Shown here: one piece after another, positions 37,701 through 52,645 of the stretch
Layout of the letters: the number at the start of each line of letters is the position of its first letter
Numbering within the stretch: the stretch's first letter is position 1
Assembly: GCA_964016885.1 (NCBI GenBank)
Contig: OZ024756.1
Span: 558,001-622,000, forward strand
From: Eledone cirrhosa
Lineage: Eukaryota
DNA length: 64,000 nucleotides
Direction: 5' to 3'
Notes under the pieces: model-generated
The model's database searches: none
What the model saw: only the letters and a program-made list of their open reading frames with translations
Told to the model about the DNA's origin: nothing
Made by a program: the position numbers and the translations under genes

Positions 37701-40700
37701 ATTACTGGGGAAATGGTGTGTTATATATAGGGTCCACAATGCTAACACCTCTATTACTGGGGAAATGGTGTGTTACATATAGGGTCCACAATGCTTACAC
37801 CTCTATTACTGGGGAAATGGTGTGTTATATATAGGGTCCACAATGCTAACACCTCTATTACTGGGGAAATGACCTGTTATATATAGGGTCCACAATGCTA
37901 ACACCTCTATTACTGGGGAAATGGTGTGTTATATATAGGGTTCACAATGCTAACATCTCTATTACTGGGGAAATGGTGTGTTACATATAGGGTCCACAAT
38001 GCTAACATCTCTATTTCTGGGGAAATGACCTGTTATATATAGGGTCCACAATGCTAACACCTCTATTACTGGGGAAATGGTGTGTTATATATAGGGTCTA
38101 CAATGCTAACATCTCTATTACTGAGGAAATGACCTGTTACATATAGGGTCCAAAATGCGAACACCTCTATTACTGGGGAAATGGTGTATTTTATATAGGG
38201 TCCACAATGCTAACATCTCTATTTCTGGGGAAATGGTGTGTTATATATAGGGTCCACAATGCTAACACCTCTATTACTGGGGAAATGACCTGTTATATAT
38301 AGGGTCTACAATGCTAACACCTCTATTACTGGGGAAATGGTGTGTTATATATAGGGTCCACGATCCTAACACCTCTATTACTGGGGAAATGGTGTGTTAC
38401 ATATAGGGTCCACATTGCTAACATCTCTATTACTGGGGAAATGGTGTGTTATATATAGGGTCCACAATGCTAACACCTCTATTACTGGGGAAATGACCTG
38501 TTATATATAGGGTCCACAATGCTAACACCTCTATTACTGGGGAAATGGTGTGTTACATATAGGGTCCACAATGCTAACACCTCTATTACTGGGGAAATGG
38601 TGTGTTATATATAGGGTCCACAATGCTAACACCTCTATTACTGGGGAAATGACCTGTTATATATAGGGTCCACAATGCTAACACTTCTATTACTGGGGAA
38701 ATGGTGTGTTATATATCGGGTCTACAATGCTAACATCTCTATTACTGGGGAGATGGTGTGTTATATATAGGGTCCACAATGCTAACATCTCTATTACTGG
38801 GGAAATGGTGTGTTATATATAGGGTCTACAATGCTAACACCTCTATTACTGGGGAAATGACCTGTTATATATAGGGTCCACAATGCTAACACCTCTATTA
38901 CTGGGGAAATTACCTGTTACATATAGGGTCCACAATGCGAACACCTCTATTACTGGGGAAATGGTGTATTTTATATAGGGTCCACAATGCTAACACCTCT
39001 ATTACTGGGGAAATGACCTGTTATATATAGGGTCTACAATGCTAACACCTCTATTACTGGGGAAATGGTGTGTTATATATGGGGTCCACAATGCTAACAC
39101 TTCTATTACTGGGGAAATGGTGTGTTATATATAGGGTCCACAATGCTACCACCTCTATTACTGGGGAAATGGTGTGTTATATATAGGGTCCACAATGCTA
39201 ACACCTCTATTACTGGGGAAATGGTGTGTTATATATAGGGTTCACAATGCTAACATCTCTATTACTGGGGAAATGGTGTGTTACATATAGGGTCCACAAT
39301 GCTAACATCTCTATTTCTGGGGAAATGGTGTGTTACATATAGGGTCCACAATGCTAACACCTCTATTACTGGGGAAATGGTGTGTTATATATAGGGTCTA
39401 CAATGCTAACATCTCTATTACTGGGGAAATGGTGTGTTATATATAGGGTCCACAATGCTAACATCTCTATTACTGGGGAAATGGTGTGTTATATATAGGG
39501 TCTACAATGCTAACACCTCTATTACTGGGGAAATGACCTGTTATATATAGGGTCCACAATGCTAACACCTCTATTACTGGGGAAATGACCTGTTACATAT
39601 AGGGTCCACAATGCTAACACTTCTATTACTGGGGAAATGGTGTGTTATATATAGGGTCCACAATGCACACATCTCTATTACTGGGGAAATGGTGTGTTAT
39701 ATATAGGGTCTACAATGCTAACACCTCTATTACTGGGGAAATGGTGTGTTATATATAGGGTCCACAATGCTAACACTTCTATTACTGGGGAAATGGTGTG
39801 TTATATATAGGGTCCACAATGCTAACACCTCTATTACTGGGGAAATGGTGTGTTATATATAGGGTCCACAATGCTAACACCTCTATTACTGGGGAAATGC
39901 TGTGTTATATATAGGGTCCACAATGCTAACACCTCTATTACTGGGGAAATGGTGTGTTATATATAGGGTCCACAATGCTAACACCTCTATTACTGGGGAA
40001 ATGGTGTGTTATATATAGGGTCCACAATGCTAACATCTCTATTACTGGGGAAATGGTGTGTTATATATAGGGTCCACAATGCTAACACCTCTATTACTGG
40101 GGAAATGACCTGTTATATATAGGGTCCACAATACTAACACCTCTATTACTGGGGAAATGGTGTGTTATATATAGGGTCTACAATGCTAACATCCCTATTA
40201 CTGAGGAAATGACCTGTTACATATAGGGTCCACAATGCTAACACTTCTATTACTGGGGAAATGGTGTGTTATATATAGGGTCCACAATGCACACATATAT
40301 ATTACTGGGGAAATGGTGTGTTATATATAGGGTCCACAATGCTAACACCTCTATTACTGGGGAAATGACCTGTTACATATAGGGTCCACAATGCTAACAC
40401 CTCTATTACTGGGGAAATGGTGTGTTATATATAGGGTCTACAATGCTAACGTCTCTATTACTGAGGAAATGACCTGTTACATATAGGGTCCACAATGCTA
40501 ACACTTCTATTACTGGGGAAATGGTGTGTTATATATAGGGCCAACAATGCACACATCTCTATTACTGGAGAAATGGTGTGTTATATATAGGGTCCACAAT
40601 GCACACATCTCTATTACTGGGGAAATGATGTGTTATATATAGGGTCCACAATGCTAACACCTCTATTACTGGGGAAATGACCTGTTACATATAGGGTCCA

Positions 40701-43700
40701 CAATGCTAACACTTCTATTACTGGGGAAATGGTGTGTTATATATAGGGTCCACAATGCTAACACTTCTATTACTGGGGAAATGGTGTGTTATATATAGGG
40801 TCCACAATGCACACATCTCTATTACTGGAGAAATGGTGTGTTATATATAGGGTCCACAATGCTAACACCTCTATTACTGGAGAAATGACCTGTTACATAT
40901 AGGGTCCACAATGCTAACACCTCTATTACTGGGGAAATGGTGTGTTATATATAGGGTCCACAATGCTAACACCTCTATTACTGGGGAAATGACCTGTTAT
41001 ATATAGGGTCCACAATGCTAACATCTCTATTACTGGGGAAATGGTGTGTTATATATAGGGTCCACAATGCACACATCTCTATTACTGGGGAAATGGTGTG
41101 TTATACATAGGGTCCACAATGCTAACACCTCTATTACTGGGGAAATCGTGTGTTATATATAGGGTCCACAATGCTAACACCTCTATTACTGGGGAAATGG
41201 TGTGTTATATATAGGGTCCACAATGCTAACACCTCTATTACTGGGGAAATGACCTGTTATATGTAGGGTCCACAATGCTAACACCTCTATTACTGGGGAA
41301 ATGGTGTGTTATATATAGGGTCTACAATGCTAACGTCTCTATTACTGAGGAAATGACCTGTTACATATAGGGTCCACAATGCTAACACTTCTATTACTGG
41401 GGAAATGGTGTGTTATATATAGGGTCCACAATGCACACATCTCTATTACTGGAGAAATGGTGTGTTATATATAGGGTCCACAATGCACACATCTCTATTA
41501 CTGGGGAAATGATGTGTTATATATAGGGTCCACAATGCTAACACCTCTATTACTGGGGAAATGACCTGTTACATATAGGGTCCACAATGCTAACACTTCT
41601 ATTACTGGGGAAATGGTGTGTTATATATAGGGTCCACAATGCACACATCTCTATTACTGGAGAAATGGTGTGTTATATATAGGGTCCACAATGCTAACAC
41701 CTCTATTACTGGAGAAATGACCTGTTACATATAGGGTCCACAATGCTAACACCTCTATTACTGGGGAAATGGTGTGTTATATATAGGGTCCACAATGCTA
41801 ACACCTCTATTACTGGGGAAATGACCTGTTATATATAGGGTCCACAATGCTAACATCTCTATTACTGGGGAAATGGTGTGTTATATATAGGGTCCACAAT
41901 GCACACATCTCTATTACTGGGGAAATGGTGTGTTATACATAGGGTCCACAATGCTAACACCTCTATTACTGGGGAAATGGTGTGTTATATATAGGGTCCA
42001 CAATGCTAACACCTCTATTACTGGGGAAATGACCTGTTATATGTAGGGTCCACAATGCTAACACCTCTATTACTGGGGAAATGGTGTGTTATATATAGGG
42101 TCCACAATGCTAACACCTCTATTACTGGGGAAATGACCTGTTATATATAGGGTCCACAATGCTAACACCTCTATTACTGGGGAAATGGTGTGTTATATAT
42201 AGGGTCCACAATGCTAACATCTCTATTACTGGGGAAATGGTGTGTTATATATAGGGTCCACAATGCTAACACCTCTATTACTGGGGAAATGGTGTGTTTT
42301 ATATAGGGTCCACAATGCTAACACCTCTATTACTGGGGAAATGATGTGTTATATATAGGGTCCACAATGCTAACACCTCTATTACTGGGGAAATGACCTG
42401 TTATATATAGGGTCTACAATGCTAACACCTCTATTATTGGGGAAATGGTGTGTTATATATAGGGTCCACGATCCTAACACCTCTATTACTGGGGAAATGG
42501 TGTGTTACATATAGGGTCCACATTGCTAACATCTCTATTACTGGGGAAATGGTGTGTTATATATAGGGTCCACAATGCTAACACCTCTATTACTGGGGAA
42601 ATGGTGTGTTATATATAGGGTCCACAATGCTAACACCTCTATTACTGGGGAAATGACCTGTTACATATAGGGTCCACAATGCTAACATCTCTATTACTGG
42701 GGAAATGGTGTGTTATATATAGGGTCCACAATGCTAACATCTCTATTACTGGGGAAATGGTGTGTTATATATAGGGTCCACAATGCTAACACCTCTATTA
42801 CTGGGGAAATGACCTGTTATATATAGGGTCCACAATGCTAACACCTCTATTACTGGGGAAATGGTGTGTTATATATAGGGTCCACAATGCTAACACCTCT
42901 ATTACTGGGGAAATGGTGTGTTATATATAGGGTCTACAATGCTAACATCTCTATTACTGAGGAAATGACCTGTTACATATAGGGTCCACAATGCCAACAC
43001 TTCTATTACTGGGGAAATGGTGTGTTATATATAGGGTCCACAATGCACACATCTATATTACTGGGGAAATGGTGTGTTATATATAGGGTCCACAATGCTA
43101 ACCCCTCTATTACTGGGGAAATGACCTGTTACATATAGGGTCCACAATGCTAACACTTCTATTACTGGGGAAATGGTGTGTAATATATAGGGTCCACAAT
43201 GCACACATCTCTATTACTGGGGAAATGGTGTGTTATATATAGGGTCCACAATGCTAACACCTCTATTACTGGGGAAATGACCTGTTACATATAGGGTCCA
43301 CAATGCTAACACCTCTATTACTGGGGAAATGGTGTGTTATATATAGGGTCTACAATGCTAACGTCTCTATTACTGAGGAAATGACCTGTTACATATAGGG
43401 TCCACAATGCTAACACTTCTATTACTGGGGAAATGGTGTGTTATATATAGGGTCCACAATGCACACATCTCTATTACTGGGGAAATGATGTGTTATATAT
43501 AGGGTCCACAATGCTAACACCTCTATTACTGGGGAAATGACCTGTTACATATAGGGTCCACAATGCTAACACTTCTATTACTGGGGAAATGGTGTGTAAT
43601 ATATAGGGTCCACAATGCACACATCTCTATTACTGGGGAAATGGTGTGTTATATATAGGGTCCACAATGCTAACACCTCTATTACTGGGGAAATGACCTG

Positions 43701-46700
43701 TTACATATAGGGTCCACAATGCTAACACCTCTATTACTGGGGAAATGGTGTGTTATATATAGGGTCTACAATGCTAACGTCTCTATTACTGAGGAAATGA
43801 CCTGTTACATATAGGGTCCACAATGCTAACACTTCTATTACTGGGGAAATGGTGTGTTATATATAGGGTCCACAATGCACACATCTCTATTACTGGGGAA
43901 ATGATGTGTTATATATAGGGTCCACAATGCTAACACCTCTATTACTGGGGAAATGACCTGTTACATATAGGGTCCACAATGTTAACACTTCTATTACTGG
44001 GGAAATGGTGTGTTATATATAGGGTCCACAATGCACACATCTCTATTACTGGAGAAATGGTGTGTTATATATAGGGTCCACAATGCTAACACCTCTATTA
44101 CTGGGGAAATGACCTGTTACATATAGGGTCCACAATGCTAACACCTCTATTACTGGGGAAATGGTGTGTTATATATAGGGTCCACAATGCTAACACCTCT
44201 ATTACTGGGGAAATGACCTGTTATATATAGGGTCCACAATGCTAACATCTCTATTACTGGGGAAATGGTGTGTTATATATAGGGTCCACAATGCACACAT
44301 CTCTATTACTGGGGAAATGGTGTGTTATACATAGGGTCCACAATGCTAACACCTCTATTACTGGGGAAATGGTGTGTTATATATAGGGTCCACAATGCTA
44401 ACACCTCTATTACTGGGGAAATGGTGTGTTATATATAGGGTCCACAATGCTAACACCTCTATTACTGGGGAAATGACCTGTTATATATAGGGTCCACAAT
44501 GCTAACACCTCTATTACTGGGGAAATGGTGTGTTATATATAGGGTCCACAATGCTAACATCTCTATTACTGGGGAAATGGTGTGTTATATATAGGGTCCA
44601 CAATGCTAACACCTCTATTACTGGGGAAATGGTGTGTTTTATATAGGGTCCACAATGCTAACACCTCTATTACTGGGGAAATGATGTGTTATATATAGGG
44701 TCCACAATGCTAACACCTCTATTACTGGGGAAATGACCTGTTATATATAGGGTCTACAATGCTAACACCTCTATTACTGGGGAAATGGTGTGTTATATAT
44801 AGGGTCCACGATCCTAACACCTCTATTACTGGGGAAATGGTGTGTTACATATAGGGTCCACATTGCTAACATCTCTATTACTGGGGAAATGGTGTGTTAT
44901 ATATAGGGTCCACAATGCTAACACCTCTATTACTGGGGAAATGGTGTGTTATATATAGGGTCCACAATGCTAACACATCTATTACTGGGGAAATGGTGTG
45001 TTACATATAGGGTCCACAATGCTAACACCTCTATTACTGGGGAAATGACCTGTTACATATAGGGTCCACAATGCTAACATCTCTATTACTGGGGAAATGG
45101 TGTGTTATATATAGGGTCCACAATGCTAACATCTCTATTACTGGGGAAATGGTGTGTTATATATAGGGTCCACAATGCTAACACCTCTATTACTGGGGAA
45201 ATGACCTGTTATATATAGGGTCCACAATGCTAACACCTCTATTACTGGGGAAATGGTGTGTTATATATAGGGTCCACAATGCTAACACCTCTATTACTGG
45301 GGAAATGGTGTGTTATATATAGGGTCTACAATGCTAACATCTCTATTACTGAGGAAATGACCTGTTACATATAGGGTCCACAATGCTAACACTTCTATTA
45401 CTGGGGAAATGGTGTGTTATATATAGGGTCCACAATGCACACATCTATATTACTGGGGAAATGGTGTGTTATATATAGGGTCCACAATGCTAACCCCTCT
45501 ATTACTGGGGAAATGACCTGTTACATATAGGGTCCACAATGCTAACACTTCTATTACTGGGGAAATGGTGTGTTATATATAGGGTCCACAATGCACACAT
45601 CTCTATTACTGGGGAAATGGTGTGTTATATATAGGGTCCACAATGCTAACACCTCTATTACTGGGGAAATGGTGTGTTATATATAGGGTCCACAATGCTA
45701 ACACCTCTATTACTGGGGAAATGACCTGTTACATATAGGGTCCACAATGCTAACACCTCTATTACTGGGGAAATGGTCTGTTATATATAGGGTCTACAAT
45801 GCTAACGTCTCTATTACTGAGGAAATGACCTGTTACATATAGGGTCCACAATGCTAACACTTCTATTACTGGGGAAATGGTGTGTTATATATAGGGTCCA
45901 CAATGCACACATCTCTATTACTGGAGAAATGGTGTGTTATATATAGGGTCCACAATGCACACATCTCTATTACTGGGGAAATGATGTGTTATATATATAG
46001 GGTCCACAATGCTAACACCTCTATTACTGGGGAAATGACCTGTTACATATAGGGTCCACAATGCTAACACTTCTATTACTGGGGAAATGGTGTGTTATAT
46101 ATAGGGTCCACAATGCACACATCTCTATTACTGGAGAAATGGTGTGTTATATATAGGGTCCACAATGCTAACACCTCTTTTACTGGGGAAATGACCTGTT
46201 ACATATAGGGTCCACAATGCTAACACCTCTATTACTGGGGAAATGGTGTGTTATATATAGGGTCCACAATGCTAACACCTCTATTACTGGGGAAATGGTG
46301 TGTTATATATAGGGTCCACAATGCTAACACCTCTATTACTGGGGAAATGGTGTGTTATATATAGGGTCCACAATGCTAACACCTCTATTACTGGGGAAAT
46401 GGTGTGTTATATATAGGGTCCACAATGCTAACACCTCTATTACTGGCGAAATGGTGTGTTATATATAGGGTCCACAATGCTAACACCTCTATTACTGGGG
46501 AAATGGTGTGTTACATATAGGGTCCACAATGCTAACACATCTATTACTGGGGAAATGGTGTGTTATATATAGGGTCCACAATGCTAACATCTCTATTACT
46601 GGGTAAATGGTGTGTTACATATAGGGTCCACAATGCTAACACCTCTATTACTGGGGAAATGACCTGTTACATATAGGGTCCACAATGCGAACACCTCTAT

Positions 46701-49566
46701 TACTGGGGAAATGGTGTGTTTTATATAGGGTCCACAATGCTAACACCTCTATTACTGGGGAAATGATGTGTTATATATAGGGTCCACAATGCTAACACCT
46801 CTATTACTGGGGAAATGACCTGTTATATATAGGGTCTACAATGCTAACATCTCTATTACTGGGGAAATGACCTGTTATATATAGGGTCCACAATGCTAAC
46901 ATCTCTATTACTGGAGAAATGGTGTGTTATATATAGGGTCCACAATGCTAACACCTCTATTACTGGGGAAATGACCTGTTATATATAGGGTCCACAATGC
47001 TAACATCTCTATTACTGGGGAAATGGTGTGTTATACATAGGGTCCACATTGCTAACACCTCTATTACTGGGGAAATGACCTGTTATATATAGGGTCCACA
47101 ATGCTAACATCTCTATTACTGGGGAAATGGTGTGTTACATATAGGGTCCACAATGCTAACACTTCTATTACTGGGGAAATGGTGTGTTATATATAGGGTC
47201 CACAATGCTAACACCTCTATTACTGGGGAAATAACCTGTTATATATAGGGTCCACAATGCTAACATCTCTATTACTGGGGAAATGACCTGTTACATATAG
47301 GGTCCACAATGCGAACACCTCTATTACTGGGGAAATGGTGTGTTTTATATAGGGTCCACAATGCTAACACCTCTATTACTGGGGAAATGATGTGTTATAT
47401 ATAGGGTCCACAATGCTAACACCTCTATTACTGGGGAAATGACCTGTTATATATAGGGTCTACAATGCTAACACCTCTATTACTGGGGAAATGATGTGTT
47501 ATATATAGGGTCCACAATGCTAACACCTCTATTACTGAGGAAATGGTGTGTTATATATAGGGTCTACAATGCTAACACCTCTATTACTGGGGAAATGATG
47601 TGTTATATATAGGGTCCACAATGCTAACACCTCTATTACTGGGGAAATGGTGTGTTATATATAGGGTCCACAATGCTAACATCTCTATTACTGGGTAAAT
47701 GGTGTGTTACATATAGGGTCCACAATGCTAACACCTCTATTACTGGGGAAATGGTGTGTTTTATATAGGGTCCACAATGCTAACATCTCTATTACTGGGG
47801 AAATGGTGTGTTACATATAGGGTCTACAATGCTAACATCTCTATTACTGGGGAAATGGTGTGTTACATATAGGGTCCACAATGCTAACACTTCTATTACT
47901 GGGGAAATGACCTGTTATATATAGGGTCAACAATGCTAACACCTCTATTACTGGGGAAATGGTGTGTTTTATATAGGGTCCACAATGCTAACACCTCTAT
48001 TACTGGGGAAATGACCTGTTATATATAGGGTCAACAATGCTAACACCTCTATTACTGGGGAAATGGTGTGTTATACATAGGGTCCACAATGCTAACACCT
48101 CTATTACTGGGGAAATGGTGTGTTATATATAGGGTCCACAATGCTAACACCTCTATTACTGGGGAAATGACCTGTTATATATAGGGTCAACAATGCTAAC
48201 ACCTCTATTACTGGGGAAATGACCTGTTATATATAGGGTCCACAATGCTAACACCTCTATTACTGGGGAAATGACCTGTTATATATAGGGTCCACAATGC
48301 TAACACCTCTATTACTGGGGAAATGACCTGTTATATATAGGGTCAACAATGCTAACACCTCTATTACTGGGGAAATGACCTGTTATATATAGAGTCCACA
48401 ATGCTAACACCTCTATTACTGGGGAAATGACCTGTTATATATAGGGTCCACAATGCTAACACCTCTATTACTGGGGAAATGACCTGTTATATATAGGGTC
48501 AACAATGCTAACACCTCTATTACTGGGGAAATGGTGTGTTATACATAGGGTCCACAATGCTAACACCTCTATTACTGGGGAAATGACCTGTTATATATAG
48601 GGTCCACAATGCTAACACCTCTATTACTGGGGAAATGACCTGTTATATATAGGGTCCACAATGCTAACACCTCTATTACTGGGGAAATGGTGTGTTATAT
48701 ATAGGGTCCACAATGCTAACATCTCTATTACTGGGGAAATGGTGTGTTATATATAGGGTCCACAATGCTAACACCTCTATTAATGGGGAAATGGTGTGTT
48801 ATATATAGGGTCCACAATGCTAACACCTCTATTACTGGGGAAATGGTGTGTTATATATAGGGTCCACAATGCTAACACCTCTATTACTGGGGAAATGGTG
48901 TGTTATATATAGGGTCCACAATGCTAACACCTCTATTACTGGGGAAATGACCTGTTATATATAGGGTCCACAATGCTAACACCTCTATTACTGGGGAAAT
49001 GGTGTGTTATATATAGGGTCCACAATGCTAACATCTCTATTACTGGGGAAATGACCTGTTATATATAGGGTCCACAATGCTAACACCTCTATTACTGGGG
49101 AAATGACCTGTTATATATAGGGTCCACAATGCTAACACCTCTATTACTGAGGAAATGGTGTGTTATATATAGGGTCCACAATGCTAACACCTCTATTACT
49201 GGGGAAATGACCTGTTATATATAGGGTCCACAATGCTAACATCTCTATTACTGGGGAAATGGTGTGTTATATATAGGGTCCACAATGCTAACATCTCTAT
49301 TACAGGGGAAATGGTGTGTTATATATAGGGTCCACAATGCCAACATCTCTATTACTGGGGAAATGGTGTGTTATATATAGGGTCCACAATGCTAACATCT
49401 CTATTACTGGGGAAATGGTGTGTTATATATAGGGTCCACAATGCTAACATCTCTATTACTGGGGAAATGGTGTGTTATATATAGGGTCCACAATGCTAAC
49501 ATCTTTATTACTGGGGAAATGGTGTGTTATATATAGGGTCCACAATGCTAACACCTCTATTACTGC
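28770..49566 (+). repeat. 52-bp tandem satellite, ~20.8 kb, ~400 units
   Basis: Unit ATAGGGTCCACAATGCTAACACCTCTATTACTGGGGAAATGGTGTGTTATAT, with recurrent variants GACCTG, GCACAC (51 bp), GGTCTA, GGTTCA and CTATTTCT. Confidence 0.98.
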
Positions 49567-49934
49567 GGAAACCACCTCGTTATTGTATATACTATATGTA
49601 TACTTAGGTATTAATCGCACTCTTTTACCACTCACACATATACACACAGACACTGACAGATATACACACATACACACATTCACACACATACCCCCCCCAC
49701 ACACATACACACAGATTCACACACATACACTCACTCCCCCCTCCCCCACACACAGTTACAATTGAACCCAGGGATAGGAATACTGGCAATCTCAGAATAA
49801 CAAAAAGATCTTCTCTAACAGCCAAACTGAAACTCCAAATCAACAACAGACTAGAACTCAACACCTCGGTGACAAACAGACAGACTTACTATCACATTTC
49901 ACTTGAAAAATAGATACAAACATTGCTACCAAGG

Positions 49935-51414
49935 TTTAGGTTGTGGGGGTAGATTTAAAGTGATAGGTTAAGTCTACCCCCCAGGTGTTGGTGGTGGAGG
50001 TATATTTAAAGTGATAGGTTAAGTCTACCCCCCAGGTGTTGGTGGTGGGGGTAGATTTAAAGTGATAGGTTAAGTCTACCCCCCAGGTGTTGGTGGTGGA
50101 GGTAGATTTAAAGTGATAGGTTAAATCTACCCCCCAGGTGTAGGTTGTGAGGGTAAATTTAAAGTGATAGGTTAAGTCTACCCCCCAGGTGTTGGTGGTG
50201 GAGGTAAATTTAAAGTGATAGGTTAAGTCTACCCCCCAGGTGTAGGTTGTGAGGGTAAATTTAAAGTGATAGGTTAAGTCTACCCCCCAGGTGTTGGTGG
50301 TGGGGGTAGATTTAAAGTGATAGGTTAAGTCTACCCCCCAGGTGTTGGTGGTGGAGGTAGATTTAAAGTGATAGGTTAAATCTACCCCCCAGGTGTAGGT
50401 TGTGAGGGTAAATTTAAAGTGATAGGTTAAGTCTACCCCCCAGGTGTTGGTGGTGGAGGTAGATTTAAAGTGATAGGTTAAGTCTACCCCCCAGGTGTTG
50501 GTGGTGGAGGTATATTTAAAGTGATAGGTTAAGTCTACCCCCCAGGTGTTGGTGGTGGGGGTAGATTTAAAGTGATAGGTTAAGTACCCCCCAGGTGTTG
50601 GTGGTGGAGGTAGATTTAAAGTGATAGGTTAAATCTACCCCCCAGGTGTAGGTTGTGGAGGTAAATTTAAAGTGATAGGTTAAGTCTACCCCCCAGGTGT
50701 TGGTGGTGGAGGTATATTTAAAGTGATAGGTTAAGTCTACCCCCCAGGTGTTGGTGGTGGAGGTGGTGGTAGATTTGAAGTGATAGGTTAAGTCTACCCC
50801 CCAGGTGTTGGTGGTGGAGGTGGTGGTAGATTTGAAGTGATAGGTTAAGTCTACCCCCCAGGTGTTGGTGGTGGAGGTGGTGGTAGATTTGAAGTGATAG
50901 GTTAAGTCTACCCCCCAGGTGTTGGTGGTGGAGGTGGTGGTAGATTTGAAGTGATAGGTTAAGTCTACCCCCCAGGTGTATGTGGTGGAGGTGGTGGTAG
51001 ATTTGAAGTGATAGGTTAAGTCTACCCCCCAGGTGTTGGTGGTGGAGGTGGTGGTAGATTTGAAGTGATAGGTAAGTCTACCCCCCAGGTGTATGTGGTG
51101 GAGGTGGTGGTAGATTTGAAGTGATAGGTTAAGTCTACCCCCCAGGTGTATGTGGTGGAGGTGGTGGTAGATTTGAAGTGATAGGTTAAGTCTACCCCCC
51201 AGGTGTTGGTGGTGGAGGTGGTGGTAGATTTGAAGTGATAGGTTAAGTCTACCCCCTAGGTGTATGTGGTGGAGGTGGTGGTAGATTTGAAGTGATAGGT
51301 TAAGTCTACCCCCCAGGTGTTGGTGGTGGAGGTGGTGGTAGATTTGAAGTGATAGGTTAAGTCTACCCCCCAGGTGTTGGTGGTGGGGGTAGATCTGAAG
51401 TGATAGGTTAAGTC
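49935..51414 (+). repeat. 51-bp then 57-bp tandem array with an internal hairpin in each unit
   Basis: Unit GTAGATTTAAAGTGATAGGTTAAGTCTACCCCCCAGGTGTTGGTGGTGGAG. It gains GTGGTG from ~50760. Confidence 0.95.
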
Positions 51415-51439
51415 AAGAAATGTTAAGACAGAAAATTGG

Positions 51440-52645
51440 AGAGAAGGGCAAAGTTGATTAAATCAACCCCCATTCTTAACTGGTTCTTAATTTTATTGAC
51501 CCCTGAAATGATGAAAGGCAAAGTTGTCCCTGGTGGGATTTGAAACCAGATTTTAGAGGGCTGTAATGAAATGTAATATATTTCATCGGAGGACTTAACA
51601 ATTCTGTTAATCTGGCACTTTACTTATCAACCCCAGAAGGGTGAAAAGAAAAGTTGACAAGAATTCAAAATAAACGCTACGTGGCATTTTGTCCGATACT
51701 TTAAGTCCAATATTTTTTGTCTGATACTTTAAGTCAAGTTACTGCCTGTTCCAGAATAAAGACACAACACAGCTCTGCTTATGTAGGTCTTGAGCATTCC
51801 TTGGATGTACAGAAGTCACCAGATTTTCTCCATGACAAATTGTTTATACAAGTTGGCGACCTTCTCAGTCACAACCTGTATAAACAATTCGAAAATGTTC
51901 AAGCTTGCAAAAAAAAAAAAAAATCTTACTTAGATTGAATGGGAAAATAGATATAAAATATGAAATTTGAAAGGTGTGCGTCCCAACGCAAATGACTATA
52001 ATAGCAGTTGATCACTATAAATAATAGTTGAGAAAATTAGGGAAAGTATCCCTGGAGATGGAAATAAGTGGACAATGGCATCTGTGAGGAAAATAATAAT
52101 TTAGGGGTTTTATAACATTGGGACAAGGTCAGCAATTTGTGTGAAGGGGAAAGTTGATTATATTGGCCTCAGTATTTAACTGGTACTTTATTTTATTGAC
52201 CCCCAGAAAGGCACAGTTGACCTTGGTGGGATTTGAACTCGGAATATAAAGAACCAGAACAAATACTGCACACAACATTTCTTTGATGCTCTACCGACTC
52301 TGCCAAATCTATCGCCAGTCAACAACAATAATAATAATGGTTTTTACTTTAGGCACAAGGTCAACAATTTTGGGGAGGGGAAAGTTGATTAAATTGACCC
52401 CAGCGTATTACTGGTGCTTTATTGTATCAAACCCCGTAAGGATGAAAAGCAAAGCAAACTTCGATGGGATTTGAACTCAGAACGTAAAGGGACTTAACTT
52501 TATGTTATGAACAATGGCGTCTGACACTCTACCGCCCTTATGATAATAATAATGGTTTCTACTTTAGGCAATTTGGGGGAGGGGAAAGTCGATTAAATCG
52601 ACCCCAGTACGTGACTGGTACTATCTTTGATTGACCCCGTAAGAA
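51440..52645 (-). mobile_element. Cluster of SINE family B copies (~51440-51620, ~52110-52325, ~52335-52540, ~52550-52645)
   Basis: Repeated CTGGTACTTTATTTTATTGACCCC...GATGAAAGGC...GGGATTTGAAC. Confidence 0.75.

Noticed and set aside
28770-49566. CRISPR array
   Set aside because: The units are contiguous with no unique spacers, there are no cas genes, and the context is eukaryotic.
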